From Gracilinanus agilis (taxonomy: Eukaryota), in assembly GCF_016433145.1 (NCBI RefSeq), contig NC_058130.1, positions 2,547,715-2,611,714 of the forward strand: a DNA stretch of 64,000 bases, in the 5' to 3' direction. This document shows, one piece after another, positions 48,601-58,300 of the stretch. The notes below the pieces were generated by a model, which made no database searches, was not told the origin of the DNA, and saw nothing but the letters and a program-made list of their open reading frames with translations. A program made the position numbers and the translations under genes. Every line of letters starts with the position of its first letter. The stretch's first letter is position 1.

Positions 48601-51600
48601 CTGCCCAAGGAGCCTGGCGGGCGGCTGAGGGGTTCCGGGAATCTTCTCCCACTCCAGAAAGGATCTGATTGACCAGAAGACGGAGAACGCCGTCTCCAGG
48701 ATGCAGTCCGTCATTGAGCTGGGCCGAGTCATCCGTGACCGGAAGACCATTCCAATCAAGGTGCAGCACTGATAACAGGGTCTTACGGGAGGGAACCCTC
48801 AGCACTGGGCCAACCGATCAGTCTCTGCAGCCTGGGCTTTGGGGTCACTGCAGAGATTCACGTCGGGCCGTGTGTGGGCCTCTGTGACGGAGGAAGTGGA
48901 CTCTGACCCTTCCTCTTCCTGCAGTATCCTCTGAAGGAGATTGTGGTCATCCACCAAGATGCTGAAGCCCTCGGCGACATCAAGTCTCTGGAGAAATACA
49001 TCCTCGAGGCGAGTGAGGCCTGTTGGCCCTTCTGGGCAGGGTGGGCAGGCAGGCGGCAGCCCTGGGCTTGGGCCCATTCTCTGTAGCAGGGGAGCTTCCC
49101 CTGCCCGGAGCACGTGTTAACGGCTCTCTGTTCTCAGAAAGTCAGTTAAGCATGAGCGTGATGCCAGCCTGAGGTCTGCCATCTGGGCATGAATGGGCTC
49201 TTCCCCCCAGGCGGGCTTGACTTGCCTCTTCAAGGCCATCTTGCCCAGGTCCTGTGGGGACAGCGTTGGGCTTTGGGCTCTGTCCCCTGTGGGGTCAGGG
49301 CTCCCCCTCCTCGGGCCCTCCCAGAGCCTCCGACCCTTACTCGTATTGGAACATCAGGGCTTTTGTCCTTTCCACAACCACAGGAGCTGAACGTCCGGCA
49401 GGTGACCTTGTCTACGGATAAAAAGAAGTATGGCATCCGGCTGCGAGCAGAGCCCGACCACATGGTGCTGGGCAAGCGCCTCAAAGGGGCCTTCAAGACT
49501 GTGATGGCGGCCATCAAGGAGCTTCCCAGCGAGCAGCTCGAGCACCTACAGCAGACAGGTGTGTGTCCGTGCCATGTCCGCCAGGGTCTTCTTCCTCCTC
49601 CCTTCTCCTCCCCCCTGGCAGGGGCAGCCTGCTGATGCCAAACCTTGGTCAGTGGCTTTGTCCAGATGCCCTGTGGGCAGAGGAGTCTGGGCTTGGCTGG
49701 CCCTGGCCCGAGGGGAGAGCCATCGTGTCCCGTGCCAGCTCCATGTTTCCAACAGGGTCTCTCGTGGTGGAGGGGCACGAGCTCCACAAGGAAGATGTCC
49801 GCCTCCTGTACACCTTTGACCAGGCCCAAGGGAGCATGTCCCAATACGAGGCGCACTCGGATGCTCAGGTACCCCCTGGCTGGGGTCATCGTCAGCCTGT
49901 GCGGCCTGGCACACAGCAGGGCCGTTCTCATGTTTTCTTACTCAGAGGATGGAGGGCACAACATGTCCCTCGCCCCGAGGCCCCCCGGCTTAGCCGTCTG
50001 CTGGCTCAGGGCAGAGGCGTCCTCCTCGGGGCTTGTGGAGAAGCAGCTGATGGCTGGATCTCGGCCTCACCCCAACCCCCGGGCCTTCCCTGACAGGTTC
50101 TGGTGCTGCTCGATGTCACCCCGGATCAGAGCATGGTCGACGAAGGCATGGCCCGGGAAGTCATCAACCGTATCCAGAAACTCCGAAAGAAGGTGCGGGA
50201 GCTGCAGGGTCTGGGCGCACGGGGGTGGGGGTGGCAGTGGCCCTGGACGCGTCCAGTCGGGCCCCCGTGGGAGAGGAGCCGCTCCCCGTTAGCCCGTGAG
50301 GGGCTCCCCCTCCCTCGCCCAACTGATGCCCATTTCCGGTTTTGTTTCCCATCTCAAGTGCAATCTGGTGCCCACGGATGACATCACTGTGTACTACAGG
50401 GCGCCCTGCCAGGGAGACTACCTGGACACGGTCATCCAGAGTCACACGGAGTTCATCCTGGCCACCATCAAGGCTCCGCTCAAGCCCTACCCGGTGTCAC
50501 CGTCAGACAAAGTGCTCATTCAGGAGGTGACCCAGGTGAGGGCATGCCCGGCCGGTCCTGTGGCCCTCCCCACACCCTCTGGGAGTGGCCCTCTCCTCCG
50601 GGCAGCCCTCCGGAGACCCTGGGGCCCCTCCTGAGGAAGGGGGATCTGGGCCTGGAGGGTCTCTGGGGTCTGTCTCTCTCGGAGCCTTGGCGAAAGTTCT
50701 CAACGTCGCTGCCCCATCTGAGAACGAGAACCACCCAAAGTGGGGTTGGCTGGCAAGGCCAGGGTCCGAGAAGACTTGACCTTGCCTGGCCGGACCCCTT
50801 ACCTGCCCTCATCCCATCCCTGGCTTTGCCCTCTGCATCTCGACAGACCTGGGGTTCCAGGGAGTCGGCAGTGGGCACAGCAGGCAGCCATGCCCTCGTG
50901 GCCTAGGCAACCCCCGGGAATGGGGAGGTAGGACAGGAGGAGGCTCTCTGCAGGGAAGAGAGACGGGGTGGGGAGAGGTCAGGAAGAGCTCCTGAGAAGG
51001 AGAGTCCTCTGTCCCTCAGTGGAACAAGCTGCCCTCGTGGGGATCCCCATCCAGTTCTGGTACAGACTAGAGGCCCCCTTGGGGGACAGAGAGTCAGGGT
51101 GTAGCGTGTGCAACCTCCACTCTCTGCTTTCTGGTTTCTGTGTCCCCAGGCTGGGCCGGGCACAGTGCCAAGGGCTGGAGATGCAGAAAGGCAGCTTCTG
51201 CCCCAGGAGGGCATTGAGGGGGAGGGAGGTATCCAGGCAGGACATGCTGGCAAGGGCCAGAGAAGCAGCAAATGGGTCCCCGCCCCCCTCGCCTATGGGA
51301 GTAGGGGTGCCCGAGGCCCATCGAGCTGCTGCCCCCAAGTGCTGTGAAGAACTGTCCCCCGCAGGCCCGTCTCCCCAGCTCCTTCCCACCTTAGGGAGGG
51401 CCGCAGGAGCAGAGACACTAAGCTCCCCGCTGTGTTCAGTTAAAGGGCTCCGACTTGGAAATCACCCTCACGCGAGGTGTGGCCCCGCCGGGTCCAGCGT
51501 GCGCGTACGTCCATCTGAACGTCTGGGCCAATGGCAGAGAGCGAGGTAAGACCGAAGGGCTGGCCGTGCCAGGAGACACGCCAGTCTATCACACGGGGCA

Positions 51601-54600
51601 GAGGGACCACCTCTGTCGGTTTTGGGGGGCTCCTGGCCTGAGGCCAGGTCAGCTCCGGCCCTCCACTCCTCTCTCAGCTCCCTTGAGACTGCCCATTGTG
51701 GGCCACCCAAGGTGGCTTCGGTGAGTTCCTATGCCAGAAGAGCATCTCCAGCTCTCCTGGGCAGTAGTAGCTGGGCAAGACAGACCCAGCCCCAAGGGCA
51801 TCCAGCCCCCAGGAGAGAAGCAGGAGTGGGGAGAGCTCCTGGGGGAGGATTAAAGGGGGGGCACTGCTCCCAGGCCCCCAGGAGGGCCCCAAATCCCTGC
51901 CCAAGAGAGCTGGGCTAGAAGTCAGGCCTGGCCCTGAACCAGAAGCCCCTCGCCATCTCTCGGGGCATTCAGGGTCTTCTGGCCCTCCTGTCCCACCACA
52001 CAGAACTTGGTCCTACACTTTGAGGCCCATGTGGTGATGGAAGAGTCCACAGGCTGCCAGGTGGCATTCAGAGTGCCCACAGCCAGACCTGGTGCCAGGC
52101 AGCAACCAGGCCCACCCCACAGGCATGCTGTAGACCTGGATGAACTCTCCTGTGGAGGGAGGCTCATCGGGCCTGTTTCCCTGGTCTCTGGTGATTCCCG
52201 GCTCTGGACGTTGGCCGTTAGGTCTTCCTGTGTGCCCTGCCGCTGGTGCCCCTTCGTGCCCCTCCACATTCCTCCTCACAGACCACTAGGGTCACCAGTT
52301 TGCCTCGTGTTTCTGTCCCCGATGGCAGTGGGGCAAAGCCCCAGCTTCCGCCCTTAGTTCTGCCCACCCCATCCTTGTGGGTTCTGCCTCTCGGCCTCCC
52401 TTCTCTCCAGCCTGGTGCCCCCGGGATGAGGCCATGAGCTGGGCCAACCTTCGCTCTGCCTCCTCCTGAGCCTGCCCTCCCCAGCTTTGGCCAGGACCTC
52501 GAGCCTCCACGGGCCTAGCCTGAACAGGCACCGAGCCTCTTGGTCTTTGGGGGACGTTCAGTGGATGCCAGAATGCCCGCAACTAGCCCATCTGTGGGGA
52601 GCGCCAGACCCTCGAGGGGGTCGTCAGCTTTCTCCTGCCCGTCTCTCCACGGACAAGATGACGGGGAAGGGTGTCCGGGTCAGCTCGTGTCCGCTTTGGT
52701 CTCCCCCAGGCGGCGTCCTGCTCCTCGAGAATCCCAAGGGCCATCACCGGCTGGACCTGGCCAAGCTCAAGGGCGCCGTCGGCTGCATCTTTGACCTGCG
52801 AGCTCCCGAGCTGGCCGTCTTCCATGAGAAAACAGGTTTGTGGTCAGTGGAGCTGGCGGGAGTCCATCGCTAGCCGTGCCCCTCGCCCTTTGCTCAGGGG
52901 AAGCGCCCGCCCCGTGTAAAGGCCGGCTCCTTCTTGGGGCCTGGGGTCCCTTCTAGCCTTTGCCTCTGGGACCCGCACGTCAGGACCCGCCAGGGTTCAA
53001 GTAAGTTCCTTTCCGTAAGCCAGAGGAGAGAGGGAGCCCTCGAGGGCAAGACTGGGGCGTAGTGGGTGTCCCCAAGGGAGAATTCCTTCTGGGTCGGGAA
53101 TAAACAGGTGGAATGACCAGAAATCAGGGAGGAAAAGCTGGCGGTCTGGATAGGGCTGGGCAGACTGAGGAGCTGCCCACCTTCTCCGCTTGCCCTCTGT
53201 GTCCCCTGCCCACGACCCCCAGGTCTGGTGCCAGCCCCCAGAGAGCCACGGGGGAAAGAGGAGGCAGTCCCGAGCCGGAGCCCGGCCGTCAGTTCCGTGG
53301 CCTTTCTGGAGCCTCCAGCCTCCAGGCTGAGCCCCTGCAATGTCCCCCACAGACACAGGCCGGCCTCTGGGCTGTCCGGCATGGTGGTCAGCTAGGAGCC
53401 CCCGCAGGCTGGGGTAAATGCTGCTCCCCGCAAGCCAAGGCTCCCTCACAGCCTGTCTTGGCCATCCATCTGCCCCTCGCACGGGCCTGGTCTGTGTCAG
53501 GGTTTGGGGTTCTGCCTCACTGCTCCTGGGAGAAGGCGCCTTCCCCAGACGGGGGGCTCACTCGGCGGTTTGGGGCCCGTCCTTTGCCCTCGTGTGTGGC
53601 GCCCGTTACCAGCCTCTCCCGGGGACACCCTCCGTCCCCCGTGTGTCAGCCTCCGCCTCCTCCTCCTCTCAGAAGTCCTCAGTAAGACGGATCTGCTGAG
53701 CCTCAGCGGGAAGACCCTGTGCGTGACGTCCGGCTGTCCCCCGGCTCCGGCCCAGAGCCCTGGCGCCCTCTGCGGCTTCATCAACCTGCAGCTGTTGGGT
53801 GCCAAGGCACAAGGTGCGCGGGGGGCCGTGGGGGGCANNNNNNNNNNNNNNNNNNNNNNNNNNNNNNNNNNNNNNNNNNNNNNNNNNNNNNNNNNNNNNN
53901 NNNNNNNNNNNNNNNNNNNNNNNNNNNNNNNNNNNNNNNNNNNNNNNNNNNNNNNNNNNNNNNNNNNNNNNNNNNNNNNNNNNNNNNNNNNNNNNNNNNN
54001 NNNNNNNNNNNNNNNNNNNNNNNNNNNNNNNNNNNNNNNNNNNNNNNNNNNNNNNNNNNNNNNNNNNNNNNNNNNNNNNNNNNNNNNNNNNNNNNNNNNN
54101 NNNNNNNNNNNNNNNNNNNNNNNNNNNNNNNNNNNNNNNNNNNNNNNNNNNNNNNNNNNNNNNNNNNNNNNNNNNNNNNNNNNNNNNNNNNNNNNNNNNN
54201 NNNNNNNNNNNNNNNCAGGCGGGGGGGGGGGTGTGGGGGGCCGGACGGGCGCTGACGGCCGCGCTTCTTCCCCAGAGAGCCCGGTGGGCACGCTGCTGCT
54301 GGAGAACCCGCCGGGCCACCGGCACCTGACCTACCCGGGCCTGCTCCACGAGGCCGCCAAGGTGTTCGGCCTGCGCAGCCGCAAGCTCAGGCTCTTCCTC
54401 AACGAGGCCCAGACGCAGGGTGAGAAAGCGCCGCGGGCGGCCCCGACACTCCTGCAGGCTCCACCTCAGGCTGCACGGACGAGGGGGAGCGCCACGCCGG
54501 GGGCTCTGGGCCGCCTCTTCTGGCCCTGTCTGTGAGGCAGCCCTGGGGTGTGGGCCGGGGTCAGGGGCACCCGAGTTCAAATCCTGTCTTAGATGGCTTT

Positions 54601-55193
54601 TCCTCAACGTGTCATTTCTCCTGCCTTGGTTTCCTCCACTGTAAAGTGGGGGGGATGCTAGCACTACCCCCGCCAGGGTTGTGGGGAGGCGTTAGCGCTG
54701 TCTCCCCTCCGCACGTGGGCCAGTTTCTCAGCGAGCATCAGACAGATGCCCTCCACTGACCACAGCCTGACCAGAGGGCCTTGAAGGGCAGGCCCACAGG
54801 TCCGAGCCTGCCTCAGCAGAGGTAGAAGCAGGCTGTGACCCGGGCCTGGACGAGAAATGCTGGCATTGTGCCGCAGGGTCACCGAGGGCCCCGGAGGACT
54901 GAGAGCTGAAACACCCCCCCATTTGACAGAAGAGGAAACTGAGGCCCAGGGCTGGGGAAGGATCTGGCCAAATTGCCCAGCTAGGGAAATAGGCAGCTAG
55001 ATTTGAACCCAGGACACCCGAGCCTAGATTCAGCCCCGCCACCATTCCTGCGGGCACGGAGGGGGCGGCGGGCAGGCGGGCGCTGATGGGCCGCATCTTT
55101 CTCCCCGCAGAAATCACGGAGGACGTCTCCATGAAGTCTCTGAACACAAAGACGGTGTACGTGGACGTGCTGCCCACCACGGCCGAGTGCTGA
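24044..55193 (+). CDS. IARS1: Cytosolic isoleucyl-tRNA synthetase, complete CDS, 33 coding exons, 1257 aa
   Basis: coding exons sum to 3774 nt in one frame; HIGH-type [33 protein letters not shown] and C-terminal UNE-I repeats (LLLENP twice); exon sizes follow the recalled human gene except three short in-frame deletions. Confidence 0.98.
24553..24626. repeat. 74-nt alternating pyrimidine-purine tract ending in (CA)15
   Basis: catgtacacacatatacacatatgtacacgtgtgcgcacgcgcgcacaca...; (CA)n at 24597-24626. Confidence 0.9.
24849..25005 (+). CDS. IARS1: IARS1 exon 3
   Basis: [20 protein letters not shown]...GWDCHGLPV. Confidence 0.97.
25223..25342 (+). CDS. IARS1: IARS1 exon 4
   Basis: [20 protein letters not shown]...EWK. 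Confidence 0.96.
25741..25823 (+). CDS. IARS1: IARS1 exon 5
   Basis: [23 protein letters not shown]. Confidence 0.96.
26282..26399 (+). CDS. IARS1: IARS1 exon 6
   Basis: [33 protein letters not shown]. Confidence 0.96.
27405..27530 (-). mobile_element. LINE-2 3' end remnant
   Basis: aagcatttgctgtgggtcaggcc...gtcctgggggtacag...ctgccctccaggagct..tcta, typical of the L2 3' end in reverse. Confidence 0.55.
28823..28970 (+). CDS. IARS1: IARS1 exon 7 (ends at a GC donor)
   Basis: [12 protein letters not shown]...[19 protein letters not shown]; CGAG|gcaagt. Confidence 0.95.
29025..29145 (+). mobile_element. tRNA-headed marsupial SINE fragment (MAR1/MIR-like)
   Basis: gggggccagctagatggcacagtagattgag...ctgagtttaaatttggctcagacac. 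Confidence 0.65.
29170..29374 (+). mobile_element. SINE1_Mdo-like SINE (older copy)
   Basis: gggcagctgggtagttcaatgg...ggttcaaatttgg...ttgattccaagacagatggtagaggtttaaaa. Confidence 0.85.
30465..30549 (+). CDS. IARS1: IARS1 exon 8
   Basis: [21 protein letters not shown]. Confidence 0.94.
30686..30746 (+). CDS. IARS1: IARS1 exon 9
   Basis: [20 protein letters not shown]. Confidence 0.95.
31148..31243 (+). CDS. IARS1: IARS1 exon 10
   Basis: [19 protein letters not shown]. Confidence 0.96.
32147..32269 (+). CDS. IARS1: IARS1 exon 11
   Basis: DDYRVCM...[10 protein letters not shown]...FAGQYVK. Confidence 0.96.
33095..33200 (+). mobile_element. LINE-2 3' terminus
   Basis: agctcctgagggcagg...gtaggggtctaataaatgtttgttgactgactgact. 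Confidence 0.65.
33375..33560 (+). mobile_element. MIR remnant
   Basis: caaatccagcctct...gcctcagtctgctcatctgtaaaatggag. Confidence 0.65.
34166..34257 (+). CDS. IARS1: IARS1 exon 12
   Basis: DADKNIIR...HNYPFCWR. Confidence 0.96.
35080..35178 (+). CDS. IARS1: IARS1 exon 13
   Basis: [18 protein letters not shown]. Confidence 0.96.
37289..37415 (+). CDS. IARS1: IARS1 exon 14
   Basis: [30 protein letters not shown]. Confidence 0.97.
37425..37613 (+). mobile_element. SINE1_Mdo-like SINE starting about 10 nt into IARS1 intron 14
   Basis: gggggcagctgggcagctcagtgg...attcaaatccgg...cccttaccactcttctgcc...attctaagatgg; no poly-A tail. Confidence 0.85.
38030..38103 (+). CDS. IARS1: IARS1 exon 15
   Basis: [24 protein letters not shown]. 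Confidence 0.95.
38196..38390 (+). CDS. IARS1: IARS1 exon 16
   Basis: [16 protein letters not shown]...[12 protein letters not shown]. Confidence 0.97.
39110..39196 (+). CDS. IARS1: IARS1 exon 17
   Basis: [28 protein letters not shown]. Confidence 0.96.
39909..39992 (+). CDS. IARS1: IARS1 exon 18 (KMSKS-type motif)
   Basis: [15 protein letters not shown]...YGADALR. Confidence 0.97.
40513..40657 (+). CDS. IARS1: IARS1 exon 19
   Basis: [21 protein letters not shown]...LPWYNAYRF. Confidence 0.97.
41840..42064 (+). mobile_element. hAT/Charlie-type MITE (225 bp)
   Basis: TIRs CAGTGATGGGCAAAC and GTTTGCCCATTAGTG (13/15); 8-bp TSD ttctagac / ttttagac with central TA. Confidence 0.88.
43719..45756 (+). 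mobile_element. LINE-1, 5'-intact (5'UTR plus most of ORF1) and 3'-truncated, sense to IARS1 in intron 19
   Basis: YY1 box CAAGATGGC at 43731; ORF1p peptides [19 protein letters not shown] and ITQDLAAST (ORFs 45073..45462 and 45459..45716) broken by stops/frameshifts; flanking repeat cagaagtc(t/c)ctggg. Confidence 0.9.
44747..44933 (+). mobile_element. SINE1_Mdo-like SINE nested in L1 ORF1
   Basis: ggggcagctgggtagctcagtgg...ggttcaaaccc...aagggt plus A13; splits the L1 sequence aaaaaacaatta|agagaggctg. Confidence 0.9.
46480..46600 (+). CDS. IARS1: IARS1 exon 20
   Basis: [11 protein letters not shown]...[14 protein letters not shown]. Confidence 0.96.
46827..46918 (+). CDS. IARS1: IARS1 exon 21
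   Basis: [30 protein letters not shown]. Confidence 0.97.
47517..47594 (+). CDS. IARS1: IARS1 exon 22
   Basis: [26 protein letters not shown]. Confidence 0.95.
48054..48175 (+). CDS. IARS1: IARS1 exon 23
   Basis: [16 protein letters not shown]...SIHYLMLP. Confidence 0.96.
48658..48760 (+). CDS. IARS1: IARS1 exon 24
   Basis: [20 protein letters not shown]. Confidence 0.96.
48925..49008 (+). CDS. IARS1: IARS1 exon 25 (ends at a GC donor)
   Basis: [12 protein letters not shown]...SLEKYILE; GAG|gcgagt. Confidence 0.94.
49009..49383 (+). other. IARS1: GC-AG intron 25 of IARS1
   Basis: CTCGAG|GCGAGT gives an 84-nt phase-0 exon joining ELNVR in frame; the nearest GT (49013) would shift the frame. 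Confidence 0.85.
49384..49558 (+). CDS. IARS1: IARS1 exon 26
   Basis: [35 protein letters not shown]. Confidence 0.96.
49756..49868 (+). CDS. IARS1: IARS1 exon 27
   Basis: [21 protein letters not shown]...EAHSDAQ. Confidence 0.95.
50097..50192 (+). CDS. IARS1: IARS1 exon 28
   Basis: [29 protein letters not shown]. Confidence 0.97.
50359..50535 (+). CDS. IARS1: IARS1 exon 29
   Basis: [13 protein letters not shown]...[19 protein letters not shown]. Confidence 0.96.
51440..51545 (+). CDS. IARS1: IARS1 exon 30
   Basis: [13 protein letters not shown]...[10 protein letters not shown]. Confidence 0.95.
52710..52835 (+). CDS. IARS1: IARS1 exon 31 (UNE-I repeat 1)
   Basis: [20 protein letters not shown]. 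Confidence 0.94.
53673..53813 (+). CDS. IARS1: IARS1 exon 32
   Basis: [14 protein letters not shown]...FINLQLLG. Confidence 0.94.
53838..54215. other. Assembly gap (378 N) in IARS1 intron 32
   Basis: run of n flanked by G-rich sequence on both sides; no exon appears to be missing because exons 32 and 33 join in frame. Confidence 0.99.
54276..54419 (+). CDS. IARS1: IARS1 exon 33 (UNE-I repeat 2)
   Basis: [11 protein letters not shown]...[19 protein letters not shown]. Confidence 0.95.
54535..54690 (+). mobile_element. MIR remnant
   Basis: gagttcaaatcctg...ccttggtttcctccactgtaaagtgggg. Confidence 0.6.
54915..55035 (-). mobile_element. MIR remnant
   Basis: cccatttgacagaagaggaaactgaggcccag...agatttgaacccagg. 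Confidence 0.65.
55111..55193 (+). CDS. IARS1: IARS1 exon 34 (stop)
   Basis: [30 protein letters not shown]. Confidence 0.95.
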
Positions 55194-55303
55194 CGCCCGC
55201 TGCGGGCACGGCCTTCTCTCTGCCCCTCGTGCCAGGCTCTCCTCTGCCACCTCCCCCTGCCGGGCACAGGGCCGTCTGCCCGTTGCTCCCAGCTCGTCCA
55301 GAA

Positions 55304-55309
55304 AATAAA
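55304..55309 (+). terminator. IARS1 polyadenylation signal AATAAA
   Basis: 110 nt after the stop; downstream GU-rich cgtgtctctggt. Confidence 0.8.
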
Positions 55310-58300
55310 TGTGGCCCCGAGAGCGGCCTCGTGTCTCTGGTGACGGCATTCTGGGGCTGGTCAGCCTGGGGGGTTGGGGGGGTGGGCAGGGACTCAGGTC
55401 CGATGCCAAGGGAGCTGGCACAGGGCAGCCCTCGTGGGATCCCGTCTGTGAAGTGCTTAGCGCAGCCTGGCACCCAGTGGGCGCTTCCTTGATACCAGGG
55501 CCCTGGCGAGCTGTGATGCCACAGTCCGGGCTGCGGCGGAGCCTCCATTTGTGCCCACATACCTCTTGTGCCAGCTGAAGGTGGCCGTGGTGGGAGAGCA
55601 CCCAAGGTGGAGCCAAGGGGAGGCCCCCCCCCCCCAGGTCCAAGATAGGGCAGCACAGGGTGGGGACAGTTTGTTAACCGAGGCAGGCCTTCAGGCCTCG
55701 GTTTCCCCATCTGTCCAAGGAGGCTCTCCTGGCTCCCAGCACCTGACTTGGGCCCTGCGACCCCATCGTGGAGCTCTGGAGAAGGGAGCCCCCTGCGGGG
55801 CCAGGGCTGGAAGGCAGGTTGGGGGACTGATGGGCACCTGCCCAGAGTCGGGTCCCAAACAAGCGTCTGGGAGAAGGGGCGTCTCCAGGAGGGCAGGAAG
55901 GGGATGAGCTCCCCGTCTGCCCAGGAGAGCCAATGCCCAGCAGGGAAGGGAGAACAGCGCCGGGGCAGAGCCTGGGGGTGCAGGGCAGGAAGGGCCATGA
56001 TCAAGGGTCCAGCCTAGCTCCACACATCCATCTTTTGTCCGAACCTGCAAAGGGCCAGAGCGAGGTCCGAGAAGGGGTCACCCCAGAGGCCTGGGAGCCA
56101 AGATTGCTCGGGTCATCCGCAGGGGCACAGGCTGGTCAAGGTGCCAGCTCTGGGATCTCCAGTGGGAGCATGGCAGCTAGCATTGGCACAGGCTGGTCAG
56201 GTGCCAGGCCCAGCGCTTGGGCAGGGTTGTGGGGGTGCGCCGTGCCTGCCCTCGGGGTGCTTAGGAGTCCGGCAGGGAAGGCCACAGCAGTGGGGGGGCT
56301 GCAGTGCCAGGGGGATGGGCCAGGCACAGACAACAGCCACAGGGGAAAGGGTCTTGGGGTGGCCTTGGGCCGGGCTTGTGCCCCAGCCTCAACGCCTCCC
56401 CGAACCTCCGTTTTCCCATCTGCAACATGGGGGTAAAGGCCCAGTCCCTGAGGTTGTCAGAAGTGAGGTTCTCCGTCTGAGAAGCGGGTTCTAGAGTTTG
56501 TGTCCCCCTCCCCCCAGCCCGGGAGAACCACTCGGATTCCTTTATCCCAGAGGAAGCTTTATTGGGGTCGTGGCTGCTGTGGGAACATTTCAGTGGTGTG
56601 TCCCCGGCTCCACGCTCCGGGGCTCCCCTCTGAAGGGCACGCTGAGCCCCGCGGCCCCTCCTCCCAAACCTGATCCTGGCCGAGGCCTCCGTTATGGTTC
56701 TGGGAGGTCTTGGCGGGAGGGCATGCAAGGCGCCGGGTCAGGGAGTACTTCCTCCTGTCCTGAGCCGTCCTTGAGAGTGGATGTAGTGAGCTCCCCAGCA
56801 AAGTTGGGACCTTTCTGCCTAGGCTTCAGGTGGGCCTGTAGAGGCCCAGCCTCCTGGCGGCCTCGGAGACCCGGGGCACTTTTCTCTTTGGGAAAGGGTA
56901 GTGGCTCGCCCCTCGGGCATCAGCAGGACTGGCTGGGGGCCCAGAAGGCTCTTTCTGGGGGCCCTGCTTGCGGGGTGCCTCCGTGCCAGTGCCTTCCACA
57001 GGAACTTGGGGGGCCCCAGTGGCTTGCCCATCCTTCAGAAGAGACAGAGTCTCCCAACAGCTGGCATGGCGAAGCCGGTGGATGGCCAAGTGGGTGCGCC
57101 ATGGACCCTGGATGCCCTCCGTGCCCAGCATCTCCAGCCTCCCCCCGGCCTCCGGCCCCGAGCCTCTCGTCTCCATCTTGTTACTGCTGCCAGCGCTGCT
57201 GCTTTCACCTGGGGAGGTAACGGAGAGCTGAAGCCCCTCACGAGACCCAGGCCCAGCCCCCTCTGCCTGCTTCTTCCCTTTGAGGAACCCCCGAACTCCT
57301 GGGGGGCAGGGGCTGTGCTTGGCACGACGGCTGGCACACGGCAGGGACCTAAAACTTGTGGCCATACCGAGGAGGCCCGCTAGGCCACGTGCCCGGCTTG
57401 GCAGGGGCCGCGATGGGCCTCAGGAGCGCCTGCACAAGGATGATTCGCGGTCTGCCTGCTCAGGCCCCCTGGCACAGGCCCATTGGCCCACCGTCCCTCC
57501 CCCTTGGGTGCCCGGTGTCACCTGCTGCCCGGGCCGGGAAGGGGCAGGGCAGAGCCTCTGGGGCCCAGGCCATCTTCCTTCCTCAGCCCCGGCACATGGG
57601 GCCAGCTTTTCGCCCATGCCGGGGCCTGCGCCCACCGCCGGAGGCAGCGTGTCCCAGGCGGCTGTGGCCTTGTTCACCCAAGATATGGGCTCCTCCCCTT
57701 GCCTGGGGCAGTTCTGGGCTCCAAACCGTTCACCCATGTGACCACTGAACAGATGCCAGCCTGGAACAACTCAGAAAGGCTGGCAAAACCAGTGATGCCA
57801 GGTGGACGAGAGGCCGGATCCGGCCTGGGCGTGGAGGCAGGCAGAGCGCTCTCCACAGGGTTAGGTCCCTCCAGGACCCTCTCTGCCAGCCTCAGATCTA
57901 GCCCTGGGCCCTGGCACCGATGAGGGAATCCTACCCACTGGCACCCCCTTGTGGGGCCTCAGCCTCCCCCCAGGGAGCAGGGAACCTCCTCCTCCTCCTC
58001 CCATGGCCCGGCCTTACCTGGTCTGACGAGGCTGCCACAGGGGGGCTGCAGCCTCTGCTCCTGTGCCAGGCTCTGGTGCCCCGGGAGAAGGCCCCGTTTC
58101 ATGCTCCAGGGTAGGCAAGGGTGCTGCCACCCCCCTCTGGAGCTGGAGCGGACTGAGCCCTGCAGGCCACCTGCCTCGCAGTGGGCAGAGCCTGGGCGGG
58201 GCCCCTGACTGTTTGCCAAGAGCAAAGCAAACCTGGGCCGTGCCAGGGAGGGGGCTGAGTTTCAGGTTCAGGCCCTGGACGGGAGCCCCACGGGAAATGA

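Noticed and set aside
53497-54664. Long ORFs spanning 53.5-54.6 kb
   Set aside because: They are artefacts of translating through the 378-N gap plus IARS1 exons 32-33.
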